From an uncultured Phycisphaerales bacterium (GTDB taxonomy: Bacteria; Planctomycetota; Phycisphaerae; Sedimentisphaerales; Anaerobacaceae), in assembly GCA_963772725.1 (NCBI GenBank), contig CAVYYI010000001.1, positions 1,024,001 to 1,088,000 on the forward strand: DNA of 64,000 nucleotides, written 5' to 3'. Under the pieces are notes generated by a model that saw only the letters and a program-made list of their open reading frames with translations, searched no databases and was not told the origin of the DNA. Shown in pieces: positions 32,242 through 44,067 of the stretch (position 1 is the stretch's first letter; each line of letters opens with the position of its first letter). Position numbers and translations under genes: made by a program.

Positions 32242-33364
32242 TACTGCTTACGATTGAATTTTCCCGTTTTTATGCAGCTTGAATGTGAAAGTTTTCTGTC
32301 AGTAATGCTCTCAGTTCCGGCAAATATTTCTTTCTCTTCCGGAAAAAGCTCTCACATGCTCGCTTGAATTCACCAAACGTTTCATAGTAGCGATTGTTCA
32401 GCACTTTTTTCTTAAAAAACTTCCAGTACCGTTCAATCAGATTCAGATTCGGCGAGTATGACGGCAAAAAGATCAATTTGATTTTCGTGCCCTCGGTATA
32501 CTCTTTTAACAAACGTGAACGATAATATCGAGCATTGTCAACAATGATGTAAATCCTTTTGGCCTCCGGATGTTTTGCTTCGATCTTAGAGAACAAATCA
32601 ATGGTCGAATTCGCATTGATCGTGTCATAAAACCCTGTCGTTGGCTCCAGTGTTTCGATGTTAATCGCACCATTGATATTCAATCGCTGGCGGCCACAGT
32701 TGGCTTTGAGTTCTTTTTCCCTTCCCGTCTTAATCCAGCCGTAAGAAGGAATGCTGTTGTGCTGCGGGTGGGTGGCATCGGCGAAATAAATTGGGTCGTT
32801 TTGACTTTTGCTTGCCTTGATCTGTTCATATTCCTCGAGAAATGCCTGTTGCTTGATGGGGTCTTGTTTACCGGGAACATGTGTCGGCTTCTTGTAGGAA
32901 AATCCAAGACGATGCAGCAAATCGGTGACTCCGCTGACGGAGTAATGGACCACATACTGCTTGTCAATGTGAGCGATAACCGATTTGGCATCGGGGAAAA
33001 TATGATCTTCGAGATATGCCTCAAGTTCGCTCATTTGATGTTCATCGAGTTTCGGTTCTGCGCCGGGATAGTTGTCATCCAGCAATGCCTGGAAACCGTC
33101 TTGCCGATACCGCTCGAAATAGCCCCGTGATGTCTTCTCATCGAAAAGAAGTATCTCGGCCACCTGAGCCGCCGACCATCCCTTTGCTAAAGCAATGACC
33201 GCTTTGACCCGGTCGGCCTGACGCTTATCACGCAACGAACGATGCAATGCCTCCAGTTCAGCTATTTTTTCTTTTGACAACTTATAATCCTTCATATACG
33301 CTGTTTATCGGACAGAAGGTGCTTTTTGATTGAAAAATACGGAATTTTTCAATCAAGAGTAGTA
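32242..33364 (-). mobile_element. IS630-family insertion sequence, copy 1 (1123 bp)
   Basis: Imperfect terminal IRs TACT(A/G)CT...GATTGAA; flanking TA at 32240-41 and 33365-66; near-identical to 39802-40923. Confidence 0.93.
32270..33295 (-). CDS. IS630 transposase (intact)
   Basis: HTH N-terminus, LHRLGFSYKKP, YFADATHP, IVDNARYY, LPSYSPNLNLIERYW. Confidence 0.95.
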   Translation of the reverse strand: MKDYKLSKEKIAELEALHRSLRDKRQADRVKAVIALAKGWSAAQVAEILLFDEKTSRGYFERYRQDGFQALLDDNYPGAEPKLDEHQMSELEAYLEDHIFPDAKSVIAHIDKQYVVHYSVSGVTDLLHRLGFSYKKPTHVPGKQDPIKQQAFLEEYEQIKASKSQNDPIYFADATHPQHNSIPSYGWIKTGREKELKANCGRQRLNINGAINIETLEPTTGFYDTINANSTIDLFSKIEAKHPEAKRIYIIVDNARYYRSRLLKEYTEGTKIKLIFLPSYSPNLNLIERYWKFFKKKVLNNRYYETFGEFKRACESFFRKRKKYLPELRALLTENFHIQAA

Positions 33365-33438
33365 TACATTCATAAGCTCTTATGAATAAAGAAGATAAAT
33401 AAAAGGTCCGATTTTTTTTAAAAATTCACATTTTTCTA

Positions 33439-33486
33439 TTGCAATAGCTTTTATAAATATGTATAGTGTATTAGTTCAGTAATACA
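33439..33486 (+). promoter_or_regulatory. Sigma70 promoter overlapped by a YtrA-type GntR operator
   Basis: TTGCAA-N17-TATAGT (33439-33467); palindrome TGTATTA-N6-TAATACA (33467-33486) upstream of gntR. Confidence 0.75.
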
Positions 33487-33522
33487 GATATAATCTGTGA
33501 AAGTTTTTTTTGAACTGGGAAA

Positions 33523-33915
33523 ATGTTATTAGAAATCGACCATCATAGCGGCGTACCGATTTACCGGCAGGTTATTGAACAGATACGCCAGGAGATTATA
33601 GCCGGCCTGCTTCACGCCGACGAACAACTGCCCTCGGTGCGGGACATCGCCCTCGAATTGCGAGTAAATCCAATGACGGTAAGCAAAGCATATTCCCTTC
33701 TTGAGATGGACGGATTATTGGAAAGGCGGCGAGGTGTCGGCCTTTTCGTCAAAAAACTAAGGCACAGCGAGAAAGAGCAGAGCAAATACGAGATGTTAAG
33801 CAAGATTCTAAAAAGAGCGGCAGTCAGGGCGGTACAGTTCGACATTTCAGAGGAACAGATGCATGAGCTTTTATCGAAACAGTATAGGCAGTATCATTCG
33901 AAAGTCTGGAGGTGA
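33523..33915 (+). CDS. GntR-family (YtrA subfamily) regulator
   Basis: PIYRQV, LPSVRDIA, VNPMTVSKAY, RRGVGLFV; short C-terminus; precedes ABC ATPase. Confidence 0.92.
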   Translation: MLLEIDHHSGVPIYRQVIEQIRQEIIAGLLHADEQLPSVRDIALELRVNPMTVSKAYSLLEMDGLLERRRGVGLFVKKLRHSEKEQSKYEMLSKILKRAAVRAVQFDISEEQMHELLSKQYRQYHSKVWR

Positions 33916-34805
33916 AAATGGAACGTGAAAAAGCGATAGTCGAAATGCACGGCGTTACAAAACGTTTCGGCAGTACAAAAGCGATGGACGATGTGAATTT
34001 TACCATTTATCCGGGGACAATTGTCGGGTTGCTTGGAGCAAATGGTGCGGGTAAGAGTACGCTTTTACGTCATATCATCGGTTTGTATCTGCCAGATGCC
34101 GGGGCTGTAGAAACATTCGGTTGCAATGCAGCCAAACTTTCACCAAAGGAACTTTCGCATATCGGCTATGTTCATCAGGAAGGCAGGCTCGTGGATTTTA
34201 TGACGGTAGGCCAGCTTATCGACTATGTCAGATGTTTCTATGAAACATGGGACAACGACCTTGAGCAAAAATATATCGAAGATTTCGAGATAGACCGCTC
34301 AGAACTTGTCAAATATCTTTCACCCGGCCAGAGACAAAGGCTATCCATTTTATTGGCGATATGTTACAGACCGCAGTTGTTACTCCTCGATGAACCTGTC
34401 TCCGCGCTTGACCCTGTCGGCAGAAGTAAATTTCTCGATTTGCTGCTGGAAATAATACAGTCTGAAAATCGGGCAGTAGTAATCTCATCGCATATTCTCA
34501 GCGATGTTGAGAAAGTCATCGACCATGTTGTAATTATGGAAAAAGGGAAAATAATCCGTGACTGCGCTTATGATGAGCTTCTGGAGCGATACGCGAAAAT
34601 TCATCTCAGCAGTATCGAAGGAGAACTTCCGGCGAATCTGCCGTTTGCCAATATCGTCGATTGCAAACGAAACAACGGTCAGGCCGTCGTAACTGTCGAA
34701 GGCTACGTCTCAGAAGATATTGAAAGACAGGCCGAAAAAATAAACTGCGAAATCGAGGTGCAGCGGCTCACGCTCGAAGAAATATATAAAATTATCGTCT
34801 GTTAA
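33912..34805 (+). CDS. ABC transporter ATP-binding protein
   Basis: GANGAGKST, LSPGQRQR, LLLLDEP, SSH. Confidence 0.93.
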   Translation: MKMEREKAIVEMHGVTKRFGSTKAMDDVNFTIYPGTIVGLLGANGAGKSTLLRHIIGLYLPDAGAVETFGCNAAKLSPKELSHIGYVHQEGRLVDFMTVGQLIDYVRCFYETWDNDLEQKYIEDFEIDRSELVKYLSPGQRQRLSILLAICYRPQLLLLDEPVSALDPVGRSKFLDLLLEIIQSENRAVVISSHILSDVEKVIDHVVIMEKGKIIRDCAYDELLERYAKIHLSSIEGELPANLPFANIVDCKRNNGQAVVTVEGYVSEDIERQAEKINCEIEVQRLTLEEIYKIIVC

Positions 34806-34817
34806 GGTGCAGCAAAA

Positions 34818-35810
34818 ATGAGAGATTTAAAAGCAGGCTTAATTTTGATTTTTGGTAATTGGTCCGGTAGATTTTATTTTTTATTTTTTCTGCTGTGGGG
34901 AATAATTTCTATTATAATTTCTCACTTTCTGCCCCTGGATACTAATCATAGTCCATCCGTTCTTTTTTTCCTTTCCATTCTTCCTGTGCTTATAGCGGGT
35001 AATATGATAAGAGGTATGTATGATGCCATTGTAAAAAGTCCAGGTTTATTTTGCACACCAATACTTACTAATAATTTGAGACAATTTGCGTTTGTTACAG
35101 GATTGGCTCTAAGCATTTTGTTCACTTTGCCTGTAATTTTCGGCAAAAATTTAAATATTGGAGAAGGCGTTTTATTTATTTTCGGCTGGTTCTTTTTGCT
35201 CCTGGCACTTTATCTTACTTTTATCGGCGCAATATCTTGGTTTCTTTTTTATGTAATCTTAGTGATTCCAATGGTCTTTAGTGATATATCACAAGTCTAT
35301 TTATTCTTACTGAATAAATTATGGCCCGCAGTAACTGTCGCGAATATCATTTTATGCTGTTTTTGCTGGTTCAAACTGGGAGATGAACAAATAAGAAAAA
35401 GACAGCAGCAACTGATTACAGGACAAAGCAATCTTAAATCGGAACAAAAACACAAAATCATAATCGCTCCGTGGGTAGATAAATTCTTTTTAGGCCAATT
35501 AAACAAATGTTCTTATAATAGCTTAGCCAGATGTATATGGGGGATGGTTTATCTATCACTTGCGATAGTGTTATCAAGATGGAAATACTTGTTTTTAGTA
35601 TTCCTTTTGGTATCAATTTTATTTGGACTTTTTGGCAATGATAAAACAGATGGAATATTTCCTTTATTAGTCGGACTTGTACGCCTATCATTGCCGTTAA
35701 TATTTCTCTACATAATTATAATGGTATGCTGCTGGGGACTCTTTCTAACAGTTGTTTACTATATTTGCAAAAAAACTGACTTGATATTACAGTCTCAGCC
35801 GGATAATTAA
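34818..35810 (+). CDS. Putative ABC permease / membrane protein
   Basis: Highly hydrophobic multi-TM ORF after the ABC ATPase; visibly AT-rich. Confidence 0.7.
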   Translation: MRDLKAGLILIFGNWSGRFYFLFFLLWGIISIIISHFLPLDTNHSPSVLFFLSILPVLIAGNMIRGMYDAIVKSPGLFCTPILTNNLRQFAFVTGLALSILFTLPVIFGKNLNIGEGVLFIFGWFFLLLALYLTFIGAISWFLFYVILVIPMVFSDISQVYLFLLNKLWPAVTVANIILCCFCWFKLGDEQIRKRQQQLITGQSNLKSEQKHKIIIAPWVDKFFLGQLNKCSYNSLARCIWGMVYLSLAIVLSRWKYLFLVFLLVSILFGLFGNDKTDGIFPLLVGLVRLSLPLIFLYIIIMVCCWGLFLTVVYYICKKTDLILQSQPDN

Positions 35811-35811
35811 A

Positions 35812-36012
35812 ATGTTTTCAAATAGAAAAAAAAGTTCATTTTTTGGCGCAATTGGCGGTTGGATAACGTCAATTTGGAGCAGAACTCCCCCTACGCCGAC
35901 AGCGGATGATTTAAGGAAAATGGACTTTAAGAGAAGTACGCAGAAACTCGGGGTTAGATTTACTGACAAAATACGAGATGTTTTCCGCTTCAAATGGCTG
36001 CGAAAACATTAA
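35812..36012 (+). CDS. Small cationic Trp/Phe-rich protein (66 aa)
   Basis: ATG 1 nt after the permease stop; ends just before the convergent secA stop. Confidence 0.55.
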   Translation: MFSNRKKSSFFGAIGGWITSIWSRTPPTPTADDLRKMDFKRSTQKLGVRFTDKIRDVFRFKWLRKH

Positions 36013-36033
36013 TCACCGCTATTTTCACAGATT

Positions 36034-39553
<3,520 letters not shown>

Positions 39554-39561
39554 AGCCGGTA

Positions 39562-39590
39562 AGTATCCCAAATGTCATGGGTAATGTCAA
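39562..39590 (-). promoter_or_regulatory. Sigma70 promoter for secA (near-leaderless)
   Basis: Minus strand TTGACA-N17-GATACT ending 8 nt before the ATG at 39553. Confidence 0.45.
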
Positions 39591-39658
39591 GAAATAGCGA
39601 TAGGGTTTATGCGATAGGGTTTGTGGGATAGTAGTTATTCAAAACCGACCGCTTATTT

Positions 39659-39722
39659 TGTCATTCCCGCGCAAGCGGGAATCCACTTTTCTGAACTGGA
39701 TACCTGCTTCTGCAGGTATGAT
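39659..39722. repeat. GTCATTCCCGC-type (dRS3-like) double-hairpin repeat element
   Basis: TGTCATTCCCGCGCAAGCGGGAATCCA...TGGATACCTGCTTCTGCAGGTATGA; contains ATTCCC-N8-GGGAAT. Confidence 0.7.
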
Positions 39723-39801
39723 AAGTCGTAACCGGATACTTTGCCGTGCTTTTTGTGCGGAAACGGTATAAAATTGTAAAAAACGGATTTTAATTAAAGT
39801 A

Positions 39802-40923
39802 TACTACTCTTGATTGAAAAATTCCGTATTTTTCAATCAAAAAGCACCTTCTGTCCGATAAACAGCGTATATGAAGGATTATAAGTTGTCAAAAGAAAAA
39901 ATAGCTGAACTGGAGGCATTGCATCGTTCGTTGCGTGATAAGCGTCAGGCCGACCGGGTCAAAGCGGTCATTGCTTTAGCAAAGGGATGGTCGGCGGCTC
40001 AGGTGGCCGAGATACTTCTTTTCGATGAGAAGACATCACGGGGCTATTTCGAGCGGTATCGGCAAGACGGTTTCCAGGCATTGCTGGATGACAACTATCC
40101 CGCGCAGAACCGAAACTCGATGAACATCAAATGAGCGAACTTGAGGCATATCTCGAAGATCATATTTTCCCCGATGCCAAATCGGTTATCGCTCACATTG
40201 ACAAGCAGTATGTGGTCCATTACTCCGTCAGCGGAGTCACCGATTTGCTGCATCGTCTTGGATTTTCCTACAAGAAGCCGACACATGTTCCCGGTAAACA
40301 AGACCCCATCAAGCAACAGGCATTTCTCGAGGAATATGAACAGATCAAGGCAAGCAAAAGTCAAAACGACCCAATTTATTTCGCCGATGCCACCCACCCG
40401 CAGCACAACAGCATTCCTTCTTACGGCTGGATTAAGACGGGAAGGGAAAAAGAACTCAAAGCCAACTGTGGCCGCCAGCGATTGAATATCAATGGTGCGA
40501 TTAACATCGAAACACTGGAGCCAACGACAGGGTTTTATGACACGATCAATGCGAATTCGACCATTGATTTGTTCTCGAAGATCGAAGCAAAACATCCGGA
40601 GGCCAAAAGGATTTACATCATTGTTGACAATGCTCGATATTATCGTTCACGTTTGTTAAAAGAGTATACCGAGGGGACGAAAATCAAATTGATCTTTTTG
40701 CCGTCATACTCGCCGAATCTGAATCTGATTGAACGGTACTGGAAGTTTTTTAAGAAAAAAGTGCTGAACAATCGCTACTATGAAACGTTTGGTGAATTCA
40801 AGCGAGCATGTGAGAGCTTTTTCCGGAAGAGAAAGAAATATTTGCCGGAACTGAGAGCATTACTGACAGAAAACTTTCACATTCAAGCTGCATAAAAACG
40901 GGAAAATTCAATCGTAAGCAGTA
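39802..40923 (+). mobile_element. IS630-family insertion sequence, copy 2 (1122 bp, inverted relative to copy 1)
   Basis: Same IRs; TA at 39800-01 and 40924-25; differs from copy 1 by a 1-bp deletion and at least two synonymous SNPs seen by eye. Confidence 0.93.
39871..40895 (+). CDS. IS630 transposase (1-bp deletion near 40102)
   Basis: CCCGCGCAG versus CCCGGCGCAG in copy 1; protein otherwise identical. Confidence 0.9.
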
Positions 40924-40946
40924 TAAAATGGATGGTTCGCGTGTGT
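40924..40946 (+). promoter_or_regulatory. Putative ECF autoregulatory motif TAAAAT-N11-GTGTGT (copy 1)
   Basis: Same motif and spacing upstream of the second ECF gene at 43448. Confidence 0.5.
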
Positions 40947-40984
40947 AGTAAGTATGGAACAGCCGTTTTGATTAAGGAAAGCGG

Positions 40985-41521
40985 ATGCTTGAAGATAAAC
41001 TACTGATATTGCGATTCAGGAGCGGCAGCAGCGAAGCTCTTCGTCGCATATATGAAAAATACAGGATATACCTGCTGAGGTTAGCGACAGCTCTTTTAAA
41101 TAATACTGATATTGCTGAGGATGTTGTGCATGACGTTTTTCTCCGTTTTGCCCAATCTCCAGACCGGCTCGGATTAAATGGAAGCCTGAAAAGTTACCTG
41201 CGAACATGCGTTGTTAATTCCGCTCACAATAAAGTCCGAGCAGAACAAGTCCGCTCCTGTGTTGGCCTTGATGAAATTGTTCCAGCCATCGCGGATTCAA
41301 ACAATCTGGACAACTGGATAATACTCAAAGAAGACTCAATACGAATAGCCAATGCCTTGGCGCAGCTTCCTTTAGAACAGCGTGAAGCGATTGTTTTACA
41401 CCTGCACGGCGATATGAAATTCCATGAAATTGCAAAAATGCAGAATGTTTCTTTAAAGACTATCCAAAGCAGATACCGCTATGGTTTAGATAAACTGCGA
41501 GGGATATTGGACACGGAATGA
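40985..41521 (+). CDS. ECF sigma-70 factor 1
   Basis: AEDVVHDVF (region 2), LKSYL, LAQLPLEQREAIVL, EIAKMQNVSLKTIQSRYRYG (region 4). Confidence 0.93.
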   Translation: MLEDKLLILRFRSGSSEALRRIYEKYRIYLLRLATALLNNTDIAEDVVHDVFLRFAQSPDRLGLNGSLKSYLRTCVVNSAHNKVRAEQVRSCVGLDEIVPAIADSNNLDNWIILKEDSIRIANALAQLPLEQREAIVLHLHGDMKFHEIAKMQNVSLKTIQSRYRYGLDKLRGILDTE

Positions 41522-41691
41522 CACGGTTTTTTTGACACGGATTTACACAGATTAACACTGTTAAAGGAAAGAATACAGAACATAGAATACAGTAGCCAGA
41601 ATAAAAAAGGTAACCACGAATGAACACGAATAAACACTTTGAATTGATAATTGATGATTTTTTTCTCTGTGAACTCTGTGTTCTCTGTGGC
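41511..41691. repeat. Cluster of short tandem 7-9 bp repeats
   Basis: ACACGG/ACACAG units, AGAATAC units, CACGAATGAACACGAATAAACAC, CTCTGTGAACTCTGTGTTCTCTGTGG. Confidence 0.65.
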
Positions 41692-41707
41692 TGAAAAGGA
41701 GAAAAAG

Positions 41708-42163
41708 ATGAGGCCGAAAGAAAAAATAGAAAAGCTGGTTAGTAAACTTGAGGTTGATACCAATCCTCAAAAGGATAAGGCTGTTCTTTATGAACTGCTG
41801 GAAGCACAGATAAATTGCAGAAAATCAAATCAGCCGAATATATTGGGAATAATCCTGAAAAACAGAATAACGAAACTCGCCGCAGCAGCGGTAATTATTT
41901 CCTCTATCTTACTTTTTGTTCATTATCAGCCGCAAAAACCTGTTAAAATCGAAGTTCAAAACACATCTCCTAAATCCCGAATTGAACTTTTGACTTCTGC
42001 CTCGCTCACTATTGCATTTCGGCAAGGCGGAATGAAAGCTCTTGATGACCAGTTTGATAAAGCTTTTAAATCCTCTAATCAAAAACAAACATGTTTGTCC
42101 GTTAAACAGTTACTTTCAGAAATTAATAAAAATGGTGAAAATTCAGAAAGGGAAAACTTATGA
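41708..42163 (+). CDS. Putative anti-sigma factor 1 (single TM)
   Basis: AAGGAG SD; N-terminus shared with the 44051 protein (TNPQ.DKA, ITKLA.AAVII); follows ECF gene. Confidence 0.7.
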   Translation: MRPKEKIEKLVSKLEVDTNPQKDKAVLYELLEAQINCRKSNQPNILGIILKNRITKLAAAAVIISSILLFVHYQPQKPVKIEVQNTSPKSRIELLTSASLTIAFRQGGMKALDDQFDKAFKSSNQKQTCLSVKQLLSEINKNGENSERENL

Positions 42164-43338
42164 ATCCTCAAAAAAATAACCTGATTTCTAAAACTATAAT
42201 ATTTACTCTTCTTACGTTTATTTTAACATCATCAGCTTTTGCCTATCCACCGGACAATGCTGCCGTCCTTTATTATCAGGCCTGCATGTTAATCGAAATG
42301 GACGATACGATGAAAGATATGCTGTCAGATTTTACAAGCGGTAAAATTGAGTTAAATGATTCAATAAAAAACTACGTGACCAAAAATCAACCCATTATCG
42401 ACACCTTAATTGATGCTTCGGAAATAAAGTATTGCGATTGGGGAGCGGATTACTCCAAGGGTTACGACCTTGTACTTCCCCAAATTTCCAAATTCAAACT
42501 TTTGACTTATCTCCTGCTTTCCGATGCGAGAATTCTTGCTCTGCAGGGCGACTATACCGCCTCATTGAATCGCTGTTTAACCGCTTTTAGAATGGCTCAG
42601 CAAATAAATGATATTATAACTATCTCACATCTTGTTGCTATTGCAATTGAAGCTAAAGCAAATGGCGCTATTACCGAGATTCTTTCAATTATGCCGCCAG
42701 ACCTGCAAACTCTTTCATGGTTTAAAACCGAGTTTGTCAACTTACAAAGTAAACCACTTGAATCAAAGCCTTTTCTTGAAGCTGAACGTCAGGTGGCTCT
42801 GATTTACTTTACACCTGAAAAAATAAGTGACATTATAAGGGCTTGTGAACTCGATAAAAATGGCAAAAATGAACTTGTAATAAAAAGAATTCGGAACGCC
42901 AACCAGCAATTTTGTGAAAAAAATAAAATTTACTGGAATAACCATATAGACCGTCTTGAAGCCGCCATGTATTTACCCTATTTACAGGCATACCCAACTT
43001 TTGTGACCATAGACCAGGAACCTTCCAAAAAAGAAGTCAACGACAATCCTGATTCAACCATGACTGCTATTCTTAGTCCTGCCTGGAGCAAAATTTATTC
43101 TCTATCAATAAAGCTTCAGACAAATAACAATGCAATTAAAGTAGGCCTTGCAATTTACATTTCATACGCAAAAACAGGCAAACTGCCGGACATCCTGCCT
43201 TCTGACCTTCCCCTGGATTTGTTCAGCGACAAACCTTTTCTTTATGAGAAGACTCCCGATGGATTCTTGCTCCGCTGCCAAGGTAAAGATTTAAACAAAA
43301 ATGAAACATACGAATACAAATTCAAAGTAAAGAAATAA
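42160..43338 (+). CDS. Secreted helical protein with GspG-like C-terminal motif
   Basis: Signal peptide (SAFA|YPPDNAAVLY); C-terminal GKLPDILP..LPLDLFSDKPFLYEK. Confidence 0.7.
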   Translation: MNPQKNNLISKTIIFTLLTFILTSSAFAYPPDNAAVLYYQACMLIEMDDTMKDMLSDFTSGKIELNDSIKNYVTKNQPIIDTLIDASEIKYCDWGADYSKGYDLVLPQISKFKLLTYLLLSDARILALQGDYTASLNRCLTAFRMAQQINDIITISHLVAIAIEAKANGAITEILSIMPPDLQTLSWFKTEFVNLQSKPLESKPFLEAERQVALIYFTPEKISDIIRACELDKNGKNELVIKRIRNANQQFCEKNKIYWNNHIDRLEAAMYLPYLQAYPTFVTIDQEPSKKEVNDNPDSTMTAILSPAWSKIYSLSIKLQTNNNAIKVGLAIYISYAKTGKLPDILPSDLPLDLFSDKPFLYEKTPDGFLLRCQGKDLNKNETYEYKFKVKK

Positions 43339-43363
43339 CTTCAAGATTTACCAGTAAGAATAG

Positions 43364-43395
43364 GCCGGGCGGATGGTTTTGCCCGGCTTTTTTTT
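43364..43395 (+). terminator. Intrinsic terminator
   Basis: GCCGGGCG-loop-TGCCCGGC followed by T8. Confidence 0.85.
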
Positions 43396-43447
43396 ATGCA
43401 AATGGGGATATATTAAAAATTTTTCGGGAAATGTAATTTTTTTATAC

Positions 43448-43470
43448 TAAAATCACCTTGCTTGGTGTGT
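43448..43470 (+). promoter_or_regulatory. Putative ECF autoregulatory motif TAAAAT-N11-GTGTGT (copy 2)
   Basis: Matches the motif upstream of ECF1. Confidence 0.5.
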
Positions 43471-43509
43471 TACAGGTAAAGGAAACGTTTTCTTTGGTTG
43501 GCGGTATAA

Positions 43510-44067
43510 ATGCTCGAAGATAAGCTGCTTATCTGGAAATTTAAACGCGGGAGCCAAGATGCCCTTCGGCGGATATATGAGAAATACAAAAATGGTCTGC
43601 TGAAACTGGCGTTAGTTCTTTGCGGTGATACGGCGACGGCTGAAGATGTGGTTCAGGATGTTTTTGTCAGTTTCGCACAGTCGGCGGAAAAGGTTCGCAT
43701 CGACGGCAATCTCAAAAGCTTCCTGTCGACTTGTGTGGTCAACCGGATACGCAGTCTCAATCGGAATAGGAAAAGGCACGAAACATTGATCGCTGACAAT
43801 TTTGACTTCGCCGCGTCTGAGTTTAACAGGCCTGAACAATGGATTATTCTCAGCGAGCAATTGCAGCTTTTGACAAGGGCGATGGCTCAACTGCCGATTG
43901 AACAGCGTGAGGTGGTCGCATTGTATATGCAGGCGGATATGAGCTTTCGCCGAATCGCTGAGATGCAGAATTTGTCAATTAACACTGTCCAGGGTCGTTT
44001 CAGATACGGACTGAATAAACTGCGGACTCTACTTAATAGTGAGGTAACAAATGAGACCGACAGATGA
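43510..44067 (+). CDS. ECF sigma-70 factor 2
   Basis: Paralog of ECF1 (MLEDKLLI, AEDVVQDVF, LPIEQREVV, NTVQGRFRYG). Confidence 0.93.
   Translation: MLEDKLLIWKFKRGSQDALRRIYEKYKNGLLKLALVLCGDTATAEDVVQDVFVSFAQSAEKVRIDGNLKSFLSTCVVNRIRSLNRNRKRHETLIADNFDFAASEFNRPEQWIILSEQLQLLTRAMAQLPIEQREVVALYMQADMSFRRIAEMQNLSINTVQGRFRYGLNKLRTLLNSEVTNETDR

Noticed and set aside
32570..33130. 186-aa antisense ORF in IS630 and the many other short antisense or overlapping ORFs in the track
   Set aside because: They lie opposite or within well-supported genes and show no recognisable motifs.
39871..40895. Programmed frameshift in IS630 copy 2
   Set aside because: Copy 1 encodes the same protein in one frame; the difference is one missing G, not a slippery run.
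41651..41707. Longer start for anti-sigma 1 (TTG at 41651)
   Set aside because: The extension translates the CTCTGTG repeat. ATG 41708 has an SD and aligns with the paralog start.
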